Shown here piece after piece: positions 50,909-60,182 of a stretch of DNA of 64,000 bases (the stretch's first letter is position 1; each line of letters starts with the position of its first letter). The position numbers and the translations under genes are program-made. Below the pieces are notes generated by a model that saw only the letters and a list, made by a program, of their open reading frames with translations, had not been told where the DNA came from and did no database searches. This DNA is from a candidate division FCPU426 bacterium (GTDB lineage: Bacteria > Oederibacteriota > Muellerivitia > Muellerivitales > Muellerivitaceae). The stretch is from NCBI GenBank assembly GCA_963771075.1, contig CAVYSE010000027.1, forward strand, positions 1-64,000, in the 5' to 3' direction.

Positions 50909-52319
50909 TTATTTCATCAGTTCTCGGACGTCCGCCACCTTGCCCGCGATTGCGGCGGCGGCCACCATGGCGGGGCTCATCAGCATGGTGCGCCCCTCCT
51001 TGCTTCCCTGGCGGCCGATGAAATTGCGGTTGGACGAGGAAGCGGAAATTTCCTTGCCCTTCAGCTTGTCGGGGTTCATGGCCAGGCACATGGAACAACC
51101 CGCCTCGCGCCACTCGAAACCCGGCCTCGGTAAAGATCTTGTGAAGCCCTTCCTTCTCGGCCTCCAGCTTCACCTTTTGGGAGCCGGGAACCACGAAGGC
51201 CCGCACGCTTTTGGCTACCCGGCGGCCCTTGGCCACCTTGGCCGCTTCCCGCAGGTCACTGATGCGCCCGTTGGTGCAGCTTCCGATGAAGGCCACGTCG
51301 ATGGGCGTGCCCTTGATGGGTTGCCCAGGCTTCAGGTCCATATGCTGGTAGGCCAGCTCGACCGTCTTGACCTCATCGGCTGAAAACTTGCCGACCTCGG
51401 GCAGTTTGTCGTTCACGCCCACCGATTGGTCGGGGGTGATGCCCCAGGTCACGATGGGCTCGATGTCGGCGGCGTCGAAGTTGACCACGTCGTCGTATAC
51501 CGCGTCCTTATCCGATGCCACGGACTTCCAATAGGCCAGGGCCTTTGTCCCATTTGTCCCCGACCGGGGCTTGGGACCGTGCCCTTCAGGTAATCGAAGG
51601 TGGTCTGGTCCGGGTTGACGTAGCCTACCCGGGCGCCGCCCTCGATGGCCATGTTGCAAACCGTCATGCGTTCTTCCATGGTCATGGCGTCAAACACGCT
51701 GCCGCCATACTCGTAGGCGTAGCCGATGCCGCCCTTGACCCCCAGCTTCTGGATGACATAGAGGGTGACGTCCTTGGCGGTGACCCCGGGCTTCAACTTG
51801 CCGTTCACGTTGACACGGCGAACCTTCAAGGCGTCCATCGCCAGGCACTGGGTGGCCAGAACATCCCGCACCTGGGAGGTGCCGATGCCGAAGGCCAGGG
51901 TGCCGAAGGCCCCGTGGGTGGAGGTGTGGGAATCCCCGCAGGCGATGGTCATGCCCGGCTGGGTGAGCCCCATTTCGGGCCCCACGATATGCACGATGCC
52001 CTGGTTGCCCGACTTGAAATCGAAGAAGTTAACGCCGAACTTGCCGACGTTTTTCTCGATGGCCCCCATCATTTGCTCGGCCTCAGCGTCCGCGAAGGGC
52101 CTGGCCTGGCTTTGGGTGGGCACGATGTGGTCCACGGTGGCGAAGGTGCGGGTCGGGGTAGGCCACCTTCAGGCCCTTCTCCCCGATCATGTCGAAGGCC
52201 TGGGGGCTGGTGACCTCGTGGATCAGGTGCAGGCCGATGAAGAGCTGGTACTGGCCGGTGGGGAGCTTGTCCACCACGTGGGAATCCCAGATTTTGTTGT
52301 ATAGAGTGCCTTTAGCCAT
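50909..52319 (-). CDS. leuC: 3-isopropylmalate dehydratase large subunit with several single-base frameshifts
   Basis: [41 protein letters not shown] spread over four ORFs. Confidence 0.92.
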
Positions 52320-52422
52320 TTGAAAACCCCTAAATCGAATTTCACCGCCAAGACGCCAAGAAGGATTTAAAAACTATAGGTTGGAAGATTAAATATGTAA
52401 AAGATATATTATTTATAATTAT

Positions 52423-52439
52423 TATAGTTAAAGACTATA
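52423..52439. promoter_or_regulatory. LysR-type binding palindrome
   Basis: TATAG-N7-CTATA (contains T-N11-A) between divergent leuC and LysR. Confidence 0.6.
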
Positions 52440-52489
52440 CATGATTAATAGCCGTCCTTGGCGTCTTGGCGGTGGATAAGGTTTGTTGA

Positions 52490-53358
52490 ATGGAAACTCA
52501 CCAGTTCGTTACTTTCTGGCGGTGGCCCAGACGGGTCGGTTCACGGCCGCGGCCAAATCTTGCAACGTGTCCCAGCCTTCGTTAAGCATCCAGATCGCCA
52601 AACTGGAGGATGAGCTGGGCGGGCCCCTTTTTGAGCGAACGAGAAAGGGGGGCAAGCTCACGGCCCGGGGCGAGACTTTTTTACCCAGGGCAAAGACGAT
52701 TCTCGACCAAATGGAATCGGCCCGGGAAGACGCCAAGGCCTTGTCCGGCCTGACCCTCGGCAAGGTCAGCTTGGGCTGCATGCCCACCACGGGGGCCCAC
52801 CTGCTTCCGCCGATCCTCACCGCGTTCAAGAGGGCCTACCCGAAGATCCAGGTCCATTTGAAGGAGGAATCATCCCCCAACCTGGCTTTGGCCCTCGATC
52901 AGGGGGAAGTGGAACTGGCCATCATGGACGAGGCGGGACTTCGTCCCTCTTTGGAACACCTGACCATCCTGACCGAGGAATTGGTCCTAGCCCTGCCGTT
53001 GAAACACTCTCTGGCGGGAAAGGGGCCCTTGAGCCTAAAACAGGTGGGGGAAGAACCCTTTATTTTGATGAAAACGGGACAGGGTTTCCGCCAGATCACC
53101 CTGGATTTGTACCGAAAGGCGGGCCTGGAACCCAAGGTGGTTTTCGAGAGCGGGGGCATCGAGACGGTGCAGGCACTGGTGGCGGCAGGCCTAGGCATCA
53201 GCCTGGTGCCCCGGATGGTGGCCAAGTTCCCCGGCGTGGCCTACGCCCGGATTTCGCAGTCCAAGGCCATCCGCACCCTTTCCCTGGCCTGGCGCAAGAA
53301 AGCCCCCTTATCGAGTGCGGCGGAAGCGCTGAAAAAAGTGATATCAAGCACTATTTAA
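52490..53358 (+). CDS. LysR-family transcriptional regulator
   Basis: RYFLAVA..FTAAA..VSQPSLS; a natural start ATG 52490 (METHQ) needs one extra base near 52504. Confidence 0.88.
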
Positions 53359-53449
53359 AATTGATTCCTGTAAACCCCTTGCTTTATTTTCAAGCCCCTT
53401 CTTAGCATTGGCCGGAAATGAAATTTTCAGTTTCATAAAGGGGGCGTGG

Positions 53450-54118
53450 ATGAAAATCGGCCTGATCGGTTCGGGAGTCGTCGCGCAAACATTGGGAAAG
53501 AAGCTGGTGGAGCTGGGCCATGAGGTTTACCTGGGGACCCGCGACCCCAAGAAGCTGGATGAGAAAAAGAACATGGCGGGAACCTTGAACGAGTGGCTGG
53601 CCAGCGTGAACCACAAAGCCAAGGTCGTCACCTTCAAGGAAACCGCGGCCCAGGGGGAAATCCTCATCAACGCCACCCACGGCCAGGCCTCGGTGGAGGC
53701 GCTCCACTTGGCCGAGGCGGATAAGGTGGGGCCGAAGGTCTTGATCGACACGGCCAATGAGCTGGATTTCAGCAAAGGCAAGCCCCAGGCCCTGGCCAGT
53801 TCCGCGCGTTCGGTGGCGGGCAATATCCAGTCGGCCTTTCCCAACCTGAAGGTGGTGAAGACCCTCAACACCATCGCCGCGCCCATCATGGTGAACCCCC
53901 AGATCGTCAAGGGCGGCGACCACACGATCTTCATGGCGGGCAACGACAAGGACGCCAAGGCCAAGGTGGCCGACCTTTTAAAGTCTTTCGGCTGGACGGA
54001 CATCATGGATTTGGGGGATATTTCCGCCGCCCATGGACCCGAGATGTACATGGGGATGTGGGTTTCCCTTTATGCGTCCCTGCAGAACGGAATGATCAAC
54101 ATCAAGGTCCAAAGGTAA
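53450..54118 (+). CDS. NADP-dependent (F420-reductase-like) oxidoreductase
   Basis: KIGLIGSGVVA, VVKTLNT, FMAGND..AK. Confidence 0.82.
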   Translation: MKIGLIGSGVVAQTLGKKLVELGHEVYLGTRDPKKLDEKKNMAGTLNEWLASVNHKAKVVTFKETAAQGEILINATHGQASVEALHLAEADKVGPKVLIDTANELDFSKGKPQALASSARSVAGNIQSAFPNLKVVKTLNTIAAPIMVNPQIVKGGDHTIFMAGNDKDAKAKVADLLKSFGWTDIMDLGDISAAHGPEMYMGMWVSLYASLQNGMINIKVQR

Positions 54119-54130
54119 AAAGGATCAATC

Positions 54131-54988
54131 ATGCAGGAACAACAAACCGGGGCGCCCGACAGCACGGCGGTGCGGGTCGCCTTGTGGCGCGCCCTGCACG
54201 TCCAGGCCGATCCGCCGCCGCATGTGCTTGAGGACGAAATCGGGCTGAAACTGGCGGCCCCCGACGAGGGCTGGCGCAACCGCCCCGACATGAACCTGGA
54301 ATTCACGCGGCTGTTCCGCTCCTCCATCGTGGCCCGTGCCCGCTTCATCGAGGACCTGGTCGGGGAAGAAGGTGGCCGGGGCGTCCGCCAATACGTGATC
54401 CTCGGAGCCGGCCTGGACACCTTCGCCCAGCGCAGGCCCGAGACCGCGTCCAAGATGCGGATCTTCGAGGTGGACAAGCCGGGCGCGCAGGCCTGGAAGC
54501 GCCAGCGCCTGGTGGATCTCGGCTTCGGCATTCCGGAATGGCTGCGGTTCGTGCCGGTCGATTTCGAGGCGGGTGGTTCCTGGTGGGAACGGCTCAAGGC
54601 CGCCGGTTTCGACGCCGGCCAGCCTGCGGTCCTGGCCTCCACCGGCGTCAGCATGTACCTCACGAAAGACGCGATCGCGGCCACCTTGGGCCAGATCGCG
54701 GCGCTCGCCCCGGGCTCCACGCTGGCCATGACCTTCCTCCTGCCGGTTGAAATGGCCGAACCCGAGGAGCGAATGGTGTTTGAGGCGGCGAAGAAAGGGG
54801 CGGGAGCCAGCGGGACGCCTTTTATCAGTTTCTTTGCCCCGCCGGAGATGCTGGCCCTGGCCCGCGGGGCCGGTTTTAAGGAAGTCCGGCACGTGTCGGC
54901 CGCCGCCCTTACCCAGCGCTACTTCACCGGAAGGGCCGATGGCCTCCGGCCGGGAAGCTCGGAGGCGATTCTGGTGGCGAGTACTTAG
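54131..54988 (+). CDS. SAM-dependent methyltransferase (leucine carboxyl methyltransferase-like)
   Basis: QYVILGAGLDTFA, FEVD, GVSMYL; noticeably high GC. Confidence 0.85.
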   Translation: MQEQQTGAPDSTAVRVALWRALHVQADPPPHVLEDEIGLKLAAPDEGWRNRPDMNLEFTRLFRSSIVARARFIEDLVGEEGGRGVRQYVILGAGLDTFAQRRPETASKMRIFEVDKPGAQAWKRQRLVDLGFGIPEWLRFVPVDFEAGGSWWERLKAAGFDAGQPAVLASTGVSMYLTKDAIAATLGQIAALAPGSTLAMTFLLPVEMAEPEERMVFEAAKKGAGASGTPFISFFAPPEMLALARGAGFKEVRHVSAAALTQRYFTGRADGLRPGSSEAILVAST

Positions 54989-55174
54989 AAAGTTAATGTC
55001 TGAGAAGGAAAAAATTATGGAGGAGAGAGAGCTCAGGTCGAAAAGAAAATTTATTTTACAATTTAATTCTTTTTGGAATTTTTGACCCGCCGCTATGGGC
55101 GGTGGCGAACCTAGGTTCGAATCCACCCCATCAACATTAAAACCCAGCCCCCCTAACGGGGAACTGGGCTTTAA

Positions 55175-55264
55175 TGGCGGAGAGAGAGGGATTCGAACCC
55201 CCGTTACGATTGCTCGTAAATCTGATTTCGAGTCAGACGCATTCGACCACTCTGCCATCTCTCC
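55175..55264 (-). tRNA. tRNA-Ser(CGA)
   Basis: GGAGAGA acceptor stem, TCTGA-CT-CGA-AA-TCAGA anticodon arm, long variable arm, GGTTCGAATCC, encoded CCA. Confidence 0.96.
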
Positions 55265-55310
55265 GGGTCGTGCCAAACCCTTTTTTAAAAGGGTTTTACT
55301 ACTTTTCACT

Positions 55311-56411
55311 TTAGGCCTGAACCTTCTGGTTCGTGCCCTGTGTCATATACGTGTCATTCAAACTCTCTACCCGGCCTAAAGCGGCTTTCCGGTCCTCACG
55401 GTCCACCCGGTCATAGCGCCTGAAGACCGCATAGGTCTTGTGGCCCGAAATGGACATGATCACCGTATCGCTGACCCCCGCCTTGCGGAAGTTCGTCACC
55501 GCGCAATGCCTCAAGTCGTGAAACCTGAAGTCCTCGATTCCCGCCTTTCGGCACGCAGTCGCAAAGCCGTTCCTAGGGTCTTTAACGCGCCTTCCCTGGA
55601 AGAAAAACACGTAAGGGCTTCCCAGAGTCCTGGGTATCCGTTGAAATAGGGCTATTAGCCTTTCGTTCAACGGTATTTCCCGCTTTTCCTGGGTCTTGGT
55701 GTCGGCGGCTTCAAGGGTGATGACCCCGTTTTTAAAATCCACCTGATCCCAACGCAAACCCAAGATTTCCCCTCGCCTCATCGCGGTCCAATAAGCCAGT
55801 TCCACGATCCTCTGCAAGTGGGGAGGACAGCAGGCCAGCAAAGCCTGGTACTCCTCGGGGGTCAAAGTCCTGTCCCTGGATTGTTCCTTAAAGCGTTGAA
55901 TCCCTACAATCGGGTCGCGGTCCAACTGCCTGTTTAAAACCGCCCGGCTCACGATGGTTTTCAGGCAGGCCACGTCCCGGTTAAGGGTCGCATTCCTTAA
56001 GGTTTTGCCAGACTTAACTTGGTTTCCTTGTTGCCGCCTTTGAATCAGGTAGGCGTCCACCAAGTCCACCGTTAAGCTTTCCAAGGGCCGGGTTCCAAAA
56101 TAGGTTTTCAGCCTTTCCACGATCTGAGCGTCGTTCCTAAAAGTTTTTTTCCGGGCCTTGGAATAGGCCAGGAAAGAATCCGCCGCCTCTAGGAATGTGG
56201 TTTGGGGCTTGTCGCTGTCAAAATACTTTTGCTCAACGATAGCCTGCATTTTTTGGGCTAGAACCCTCTTTGCCTGGACCGCTGGAATCTGTCCCAAACG
56301 GACCCTTTTGCGCTTCCTTAATCCTCCTTCCCGGATGAAATAATCCAAAAAATACCCCTTATCGTCCTTGCGGAGATGTTGGGGCAATCCATGGACATTA
56401 GGTTTACTCAT
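55311..56411 (-). CDS. Tyrosine integrase
   Basis: TAMRRGEI, K, FHDLRH, SGH, RRY catalytic residues. Confidence 0.95.
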   Translation of the reverse strand: MSKPNVHGLPQHLRKDDKGYFLDYFIREGGLRKRKRVRLGQIPAVQAKRVLAQKMQAIVEQKYFDSDKPQTTFLEAADSFLAYSKARKKTFRNDAQIVERLKTYFGTRPLESLTVDLVDAYLIQRRQQGNQVKSGKTLRNATLNRDVACLKTIVSRAVLNRQLDRDPIVGIQRFKEQSRDRTLTPEEYQALLACCPPHLQRIVELAYWTAMRRGEILGLRWDQVDFKNGVITLEAADTKTQEKREIPLNERLIALFQRIPRTLGSPYVFFFQGRRVKDPRNGFATACRKAGIEDFRFHDLRHCAVTNFRKAGVSDTVIMSISGHKTYAVFRRYDRVDREDRKAALGRVESLNDTYMTQGTNQKVQA

Positions 56412-56668
56412 GACTGCCTCCTAATGTCCCCATCAGCAAGAGGTATTGTATCAGCGACACCCGCCAAATGTGGACTGGCTTTTTGAAAAACTTGAAGGAG
56501 CACGGAATACCAAACCCTGGGGTACTTGCCGACCTTCTCGAAAGGCAAGAGGCCCGTTTGCCGCCAATAGCGGACCGTATTAGGGGAAACCCCGGCCCAT
56601 TCAGCGATATCCTTGTCCGACATTAAATAATTCCGCCGTTCTATATTATTCTTCCTACGATCTACCAT
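56408..56668 (-). CDS. Excisionase-like HTH protein
   Basis: LMSDKDIAEWAGVSPNTVRYWRQTGLLP; overlaps the integrase start. Confidence 0.75.
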   Translation of the reverse strand: MVDRRKNNIERRNYLMSDKDIAEWAGVSPNTVRYWRQTGLLPFEKVGKYPRVWYSVLLQVFQKASPHLAGVADTIPLADGDIRRQS

Positions 56669-56703
56669 TGTTTACCTCCGCTTATATGGTTAAAAAAATA
56701 ACA

Positions 56704-56796
56704 GGCCCCAAAGGGGCCACCTTCGGGGAAAGGTGTGGAAAACCCCGCGTCCATAACCTGTTTCATTACCAACAGGTTGTTCGGGGGGTTTTCCAC
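56704..56796. other. Hairpin cluster, candidate oriT or replication origin
   Basis: GTGGAAAACCCC/GGGGTTTTCCAC enclosing AACCTGTT/AACAGGTT; GGCCCC-AAA-GGGGCC nearby. Confidence 0.45.
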
Positions 56797-57053
56797 GGTG
56801 TTTGTGTTGCCGTTGCTTTTGACTTTGCCTTTCGCTTTAATCCTTAAATTCTTTAATTCTTCTTCCTTCACGCCCGCGCTTTTAGGGGTGAGTCTGTCTA
56901 AGAGGCCAGACCCCACTATCGAATTCCAGCCATCATGTAATGATGCTGGGAGAGTGGGGTCTGGCGTCGCAAGACAGGCGAACCCCTGCACTTTGCGGGC
57001 GTTTCCGTGTTTTTTGGGGTAAAGCTGTTTTACCTTCCGCTGGAAATTCCGGT

Positions 57054-57950
57054 TCACGCTTGCACCCCTTCCGGCTTGGCTTGGTTTGTGGCCTGGATCG
57101 CCTTCAGGATGGGGTCTTTCACGAAGGGGAGGTATTCGCCTTCCAGGTTGACCCAAGGCACTCGGATAAAGGGTAGGCCGGCCACCTTTCCGAAAAAGGA
57201 AAAGCCCCAAAGGTCTTTCTGCCGGGGATCGCCCTTTAAGTAAGCTGCCAAACCCTCCAAGAGCCTTACGGCCTGTCCTTTGTCCCGGCTGACCACCAAT
57301 CGCAAAGCCTGGGGGAAGTCCTGGTTCAGGTTTAACACCATGCCCGCCATCTGTTGCCGGTTGTAGGGGCTGTGCTCGTATTCCAGGACAAAGGCGTAGG
57401 GTTGCCCTTCCAGGGTGGCCTTGAAAAAGCCGTCCGGGGTGCGCCGGTTAAGCCTTTGAAGCTTAGTCCCGGCCAGCTCCCAGCCCCGGCCTTCTTCCAA
57501 AGCCCTCTTCCAGGACATCTTCAAGCCGCATCTCATTTCGTAGTCCGAAAGCCAGGTCAAGCCTTCCAAAGCGGGGTCCGCCTCAAAATGGATTCGCATT
57601 TCGAGTAAGCGGCGGTCATGCTCCTTTTCAAAAGTATTGATGCGGGGGGAGCGGACTTCCGGGGAAATGAGGATTCGCGCCAAGCCCGAAAGCTGGTGTA
57701 AGGCAGGCCGGGAAAGGTAGTAGTAGGTGTCCTCGTTGGGCAGGTTTTGGGTCTTTAACAGTAGGCCCCTTTCTTCCAAGCCGCGCAAACGAAGGTAAGC
57801 CGTTTTATAGGATTGAGTGGGGTGGAACTTCTTGTGGAAAAGCTTGGTCGTGATGAACTTGTTGGAGTGGATATAGGCCAGGACTTGAATGTCCTGGGTT
57901 TCCAATTCCTGGGCCTGCTGGTTGAGAAAGGGATGGGCGGGTTCGGTCAT
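57054..57950 (-). CDS. Replication-relaxation (MOBC-type) relaxase
   Basis: N-terminal wHTH, HD, TPDG...VLEYE (D-E-E motif); coupled to the T4CP gene. Confidence 0.72.
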   Translation of the reverse strand: MTEPAHPFLNQQAQELETQDIQVLAYIHSNKFITTKLFHKKFHPTQSYKTAYLRLRGLEERGLLLKTQNLPNEDTYYYLSRPALHQLSGLARILISPEVRSPRINTFEKEHDRRLLEMRIHFEADPALEGLTWLSDYEMRCGLKMSWKRALEEGRGWELAGTKLQRLNRRTPDGFFKATLEGQPYAFVLEYEHSPYNRQQMAGMVLNLNQDFPQALRLVVSRDKGQAVRLLEGLAAYLKGDPRQKDLWGFSFFGKVAGLPFIRVPWVNLEGEYLPFVKDPILKAIQATNQAKPEGVQA

Positions 57951-59731
57951 TGATTATCCCCCATCCGGCTACCGAGTTTCATCGGCTCTTTGGCCTCATT
58001 GGGGTTATTGACCAGGGAACTTTCGTTCTCCCTCTCCCGGTATTGCCTAGGAGCAATAACCCATTCGGGGTTGAAGTCCTCCGGGGCGGTGGTCGCCATC
58101 CGTAAGTCACTCTGGAAGACATAGACCCCGCCCTCTGCCACTACCTTGACAATGGCTTGCCCGGTCTTTAGCTCTTTGATGCGGTTTGGGTGAAACCGGA
58201 ACTTTTCCGTGATGGGAACGCTGTACCCGGCCACCGTATGGTCCGCCTTGTAGGAAGTCACCTTGGCTTCCTGGTCGAGTTCGGTTCCGAATTGCCGGGC
58301 GAAGGATTCCGCCGTGTCTGGGTCGTTTACTCTCAGGATTATTTTATTGCTGGCCGTGTTCATGACCTGTTCCTGGAACTCAGGGGAAACGCCTTTCAAG
58401 TCTCCAAGTGACTGATGGGCCAGGAAGAGGTTCACCTGGGCTTCCCGGCACTTGTTGATGAAATCAATAAACCGGGGATAGGCCAAGTTGTAGAACTCAT
58501 CCAGGAAAACCCGGAAGGGTTTTTCCGGCGGTTCCATATACCGGTCGGCCAACTGCTCGGACAAGTCCATCATGGCAAGAATGGACAGAGCTTTCGCGTC
58601 CTCGGGGTACCGGGCGAAGTTCGGGGAGAAGAGGAAGACTTCTCCCTTTGCCACAACATCCGCCATGCGGATATCCGGGTTCTTGACATTCAAGAGATGG
58701 GACCATGCACTGTTGCAGAACCTTTGGAGTTTGTTGACTAACCCGGTTAATTCCATCCTGCGGTCCTTGGGGGACTTGCCAAGCCATTGCTCCTTGAAAT
58801 ACCAAGCGTAGGAACTTTGGGGGTGTCTGTTGCAGTAGGAACCGATGATCTTGAAGCTATCGGCTTCCTGGGTGGCAAAAAGCAAGTCTTGGAAGGTTAT
58901 GGTGTCCAGCTCTTCTTTTAAGAGGCCAATGAGGTTGTGAAGGAAGGCATCGGCCAGTTCAACGTAATAGGTTTCGGTGTTCTTGGTGTTGGAGTAGAGG
59001 GCGGTGAAGACCCGGTTGGCGATGGCGTCCGCGTTGTTCCCATAGAGTGGGTTGTAGTAATGGGAGTGTCTTGGGTTGAGCAAGGTGAAGTGTTTGAGGG
59101 TACGGCCACTTGCTTGGCTGACGTAAAAGGCAACATCACGAAGCATGTTGCCTTTTACGTCGCTGATGAAACACCCCAAACCCTGATTTATGGTTTGCTG
59201 GATGAAAGGCTTGATGACGAAATGAGTCTTGCCGGTGCCTGTACCTCCGATTATTTGAACATTTTCGTGGAGGGAAGACGTTGGAAAGCCAAACCCCTTT
59301 TTGGGGGCTATGAGCAAGGGGTACTTGCCGTAATCAACGTGGTTTATCTTGACGGGCTTCCAGTAAAGGCCATACATGGCCCCGGCGGCCAATAGCACCG
59401 CCAAGACGAGGTAAAGCCGGTTGTAATAAGTGGTGAAGGGGTCAAGAAGGGAAATCGCCAATGTGACGGAAACAATTAATTTGGTGGGAATGAAAATGTT
59501 CTCGTCGTTTCGCAGAAGGAAAGCTATTCCGTAAGGAAGAGTAAAAAGTAAAGTCCAAAAGCCTATGATGTGATGGTTATAAAAGTCCGCGTCTGGGAAG
59601 GTGCCGTCCAGGTTCATGTAGTTTATTAAGCCGAAAAAAGGGTAAAGAAGATTGACGCCGGTGAAGATAAAGGGGGCACAACAAGGAACCAAGATGATCT
59701 GGTTGATGGTAACTGCTGAGTCTTTCGTCAT
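57947..59731 (-). CDS. VirD4/TraD-like type IV coupling protein
   Basis: N-terminal TMs, GGTGTGKT, DVKG, FLDEF, LAHQSLGDL. Confidence 0.88.
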   Translation of the reverse strand: MTKDSAVTINQIILVPCCAPFIFTGVNLLYPFFGLINYMNLDGTFPDADFYNHHIIGFWTLLFTLPYGIAFLLRNDENIFIPTKLIVSVTLAISLLDPFTTYYNRLYLVLAVLLAAGAMYGLYWKPVKINHVDYGKYPLLIAPKKGFGFPTSSLHENVQIIGGTGTGKTHFVIKPFIQQTINQGLGCFISDVKGNMLRDVAFYVSQASGRTLKHFTLLNPRHSHYYNPLYGNNADAIANRVFTALYSNTKNTETYYVELADAFLHNLIGLLKEELDTITFQDLLFATQEADSFKIIGSYCNRHPQSSYAWYFKEQWLGKSPKDRRMELTGLVNKLQRFCNSAWSHLLNVKNPDIRMADVVAKGEVFLFSPNFARYPEDAKALSILAMMDLSEQLADRYMEPPEKPFRVFLDEFYNLAYPRFIDFINKCREAQVNLFLAHQSLGDLKGVSPEFQEQVMNTASNKIILRVNDPDTAESFARQFGTELDQEAKVTSYKADHTVAGYSVPITEKFRFHPNRIKELKTGQAIVKVVAEGGVYVFQSDLRMATTAPEDFNPEWVIAPRQYRERENESSLVNNPNEAKEPMKLGSRMGDNQ

Positions 59732-59791
59732 CCCGCACCTAGATTTCTAGGGAACCGCCCTATCCACTTCACCCGGCGGTTTCCCGCCAGG

Positions 59792-60028
59792 TCATTGTTC
59801 GGGCCGTTTCTCCCTATCGGATTCGCGGCGCTTCCTGAAGTACTGGGCGTCGATGGCCCGTCGGATTAACTCCGCTCGACTGCCACCTGTTTTCTTCCGA
59901 TCTTCGTCCAAGGCCAAAATCTGTTGGGGCCAAAGATGAAGAATGATTCGGATTCCACCTTTTCCTTTAGGTCCGCGTTTTTTCTTCAACATGTCCATGA
60001 ATGTATTCCTCCTTGGAAAATTCGTCAA
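59792..60028 (-). CDS. Ribbon-helix-helix (CopG-like) protein
   Basis: SRAELIRRAID; true start probably the internal ATG near 59998 after AGGAGG. Confidence 0.72.
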   Translation of the reverse strand: MTNFPRRNTFMDMLKKKRGPKGKGGIRIILHLWPQQILALDEDRKKTGGSRAELIRRAIDAQYFRKRRESDREKRPEQ

Positions 60029-60182
60029 TTTAATAAGTATGCTATACCTACATACCTATTTATGACAGAAAAATCTATATGGGTGGGTTTCCCCTTGAAA
60101 TTTGTCAGTATTTAATCGTTGAGAAAGCCAAAGAACGAAACCCTGGCATACAAGTTAAAGATTTTTTGCGGGTGGAGGGAAG

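Noticed and set aside
54125..55309. 394-aa minus-strand ORF
   Set aside because: Shadow of the GC-rich methyltransferase gene and the tRNA
56662..57210. 182-aa ORF between relaxase and xis
   Set aside because: Overlaps the relaxase and translates the hairpin region; a shorter gene from 57057 cannot be excluded but is unsupported
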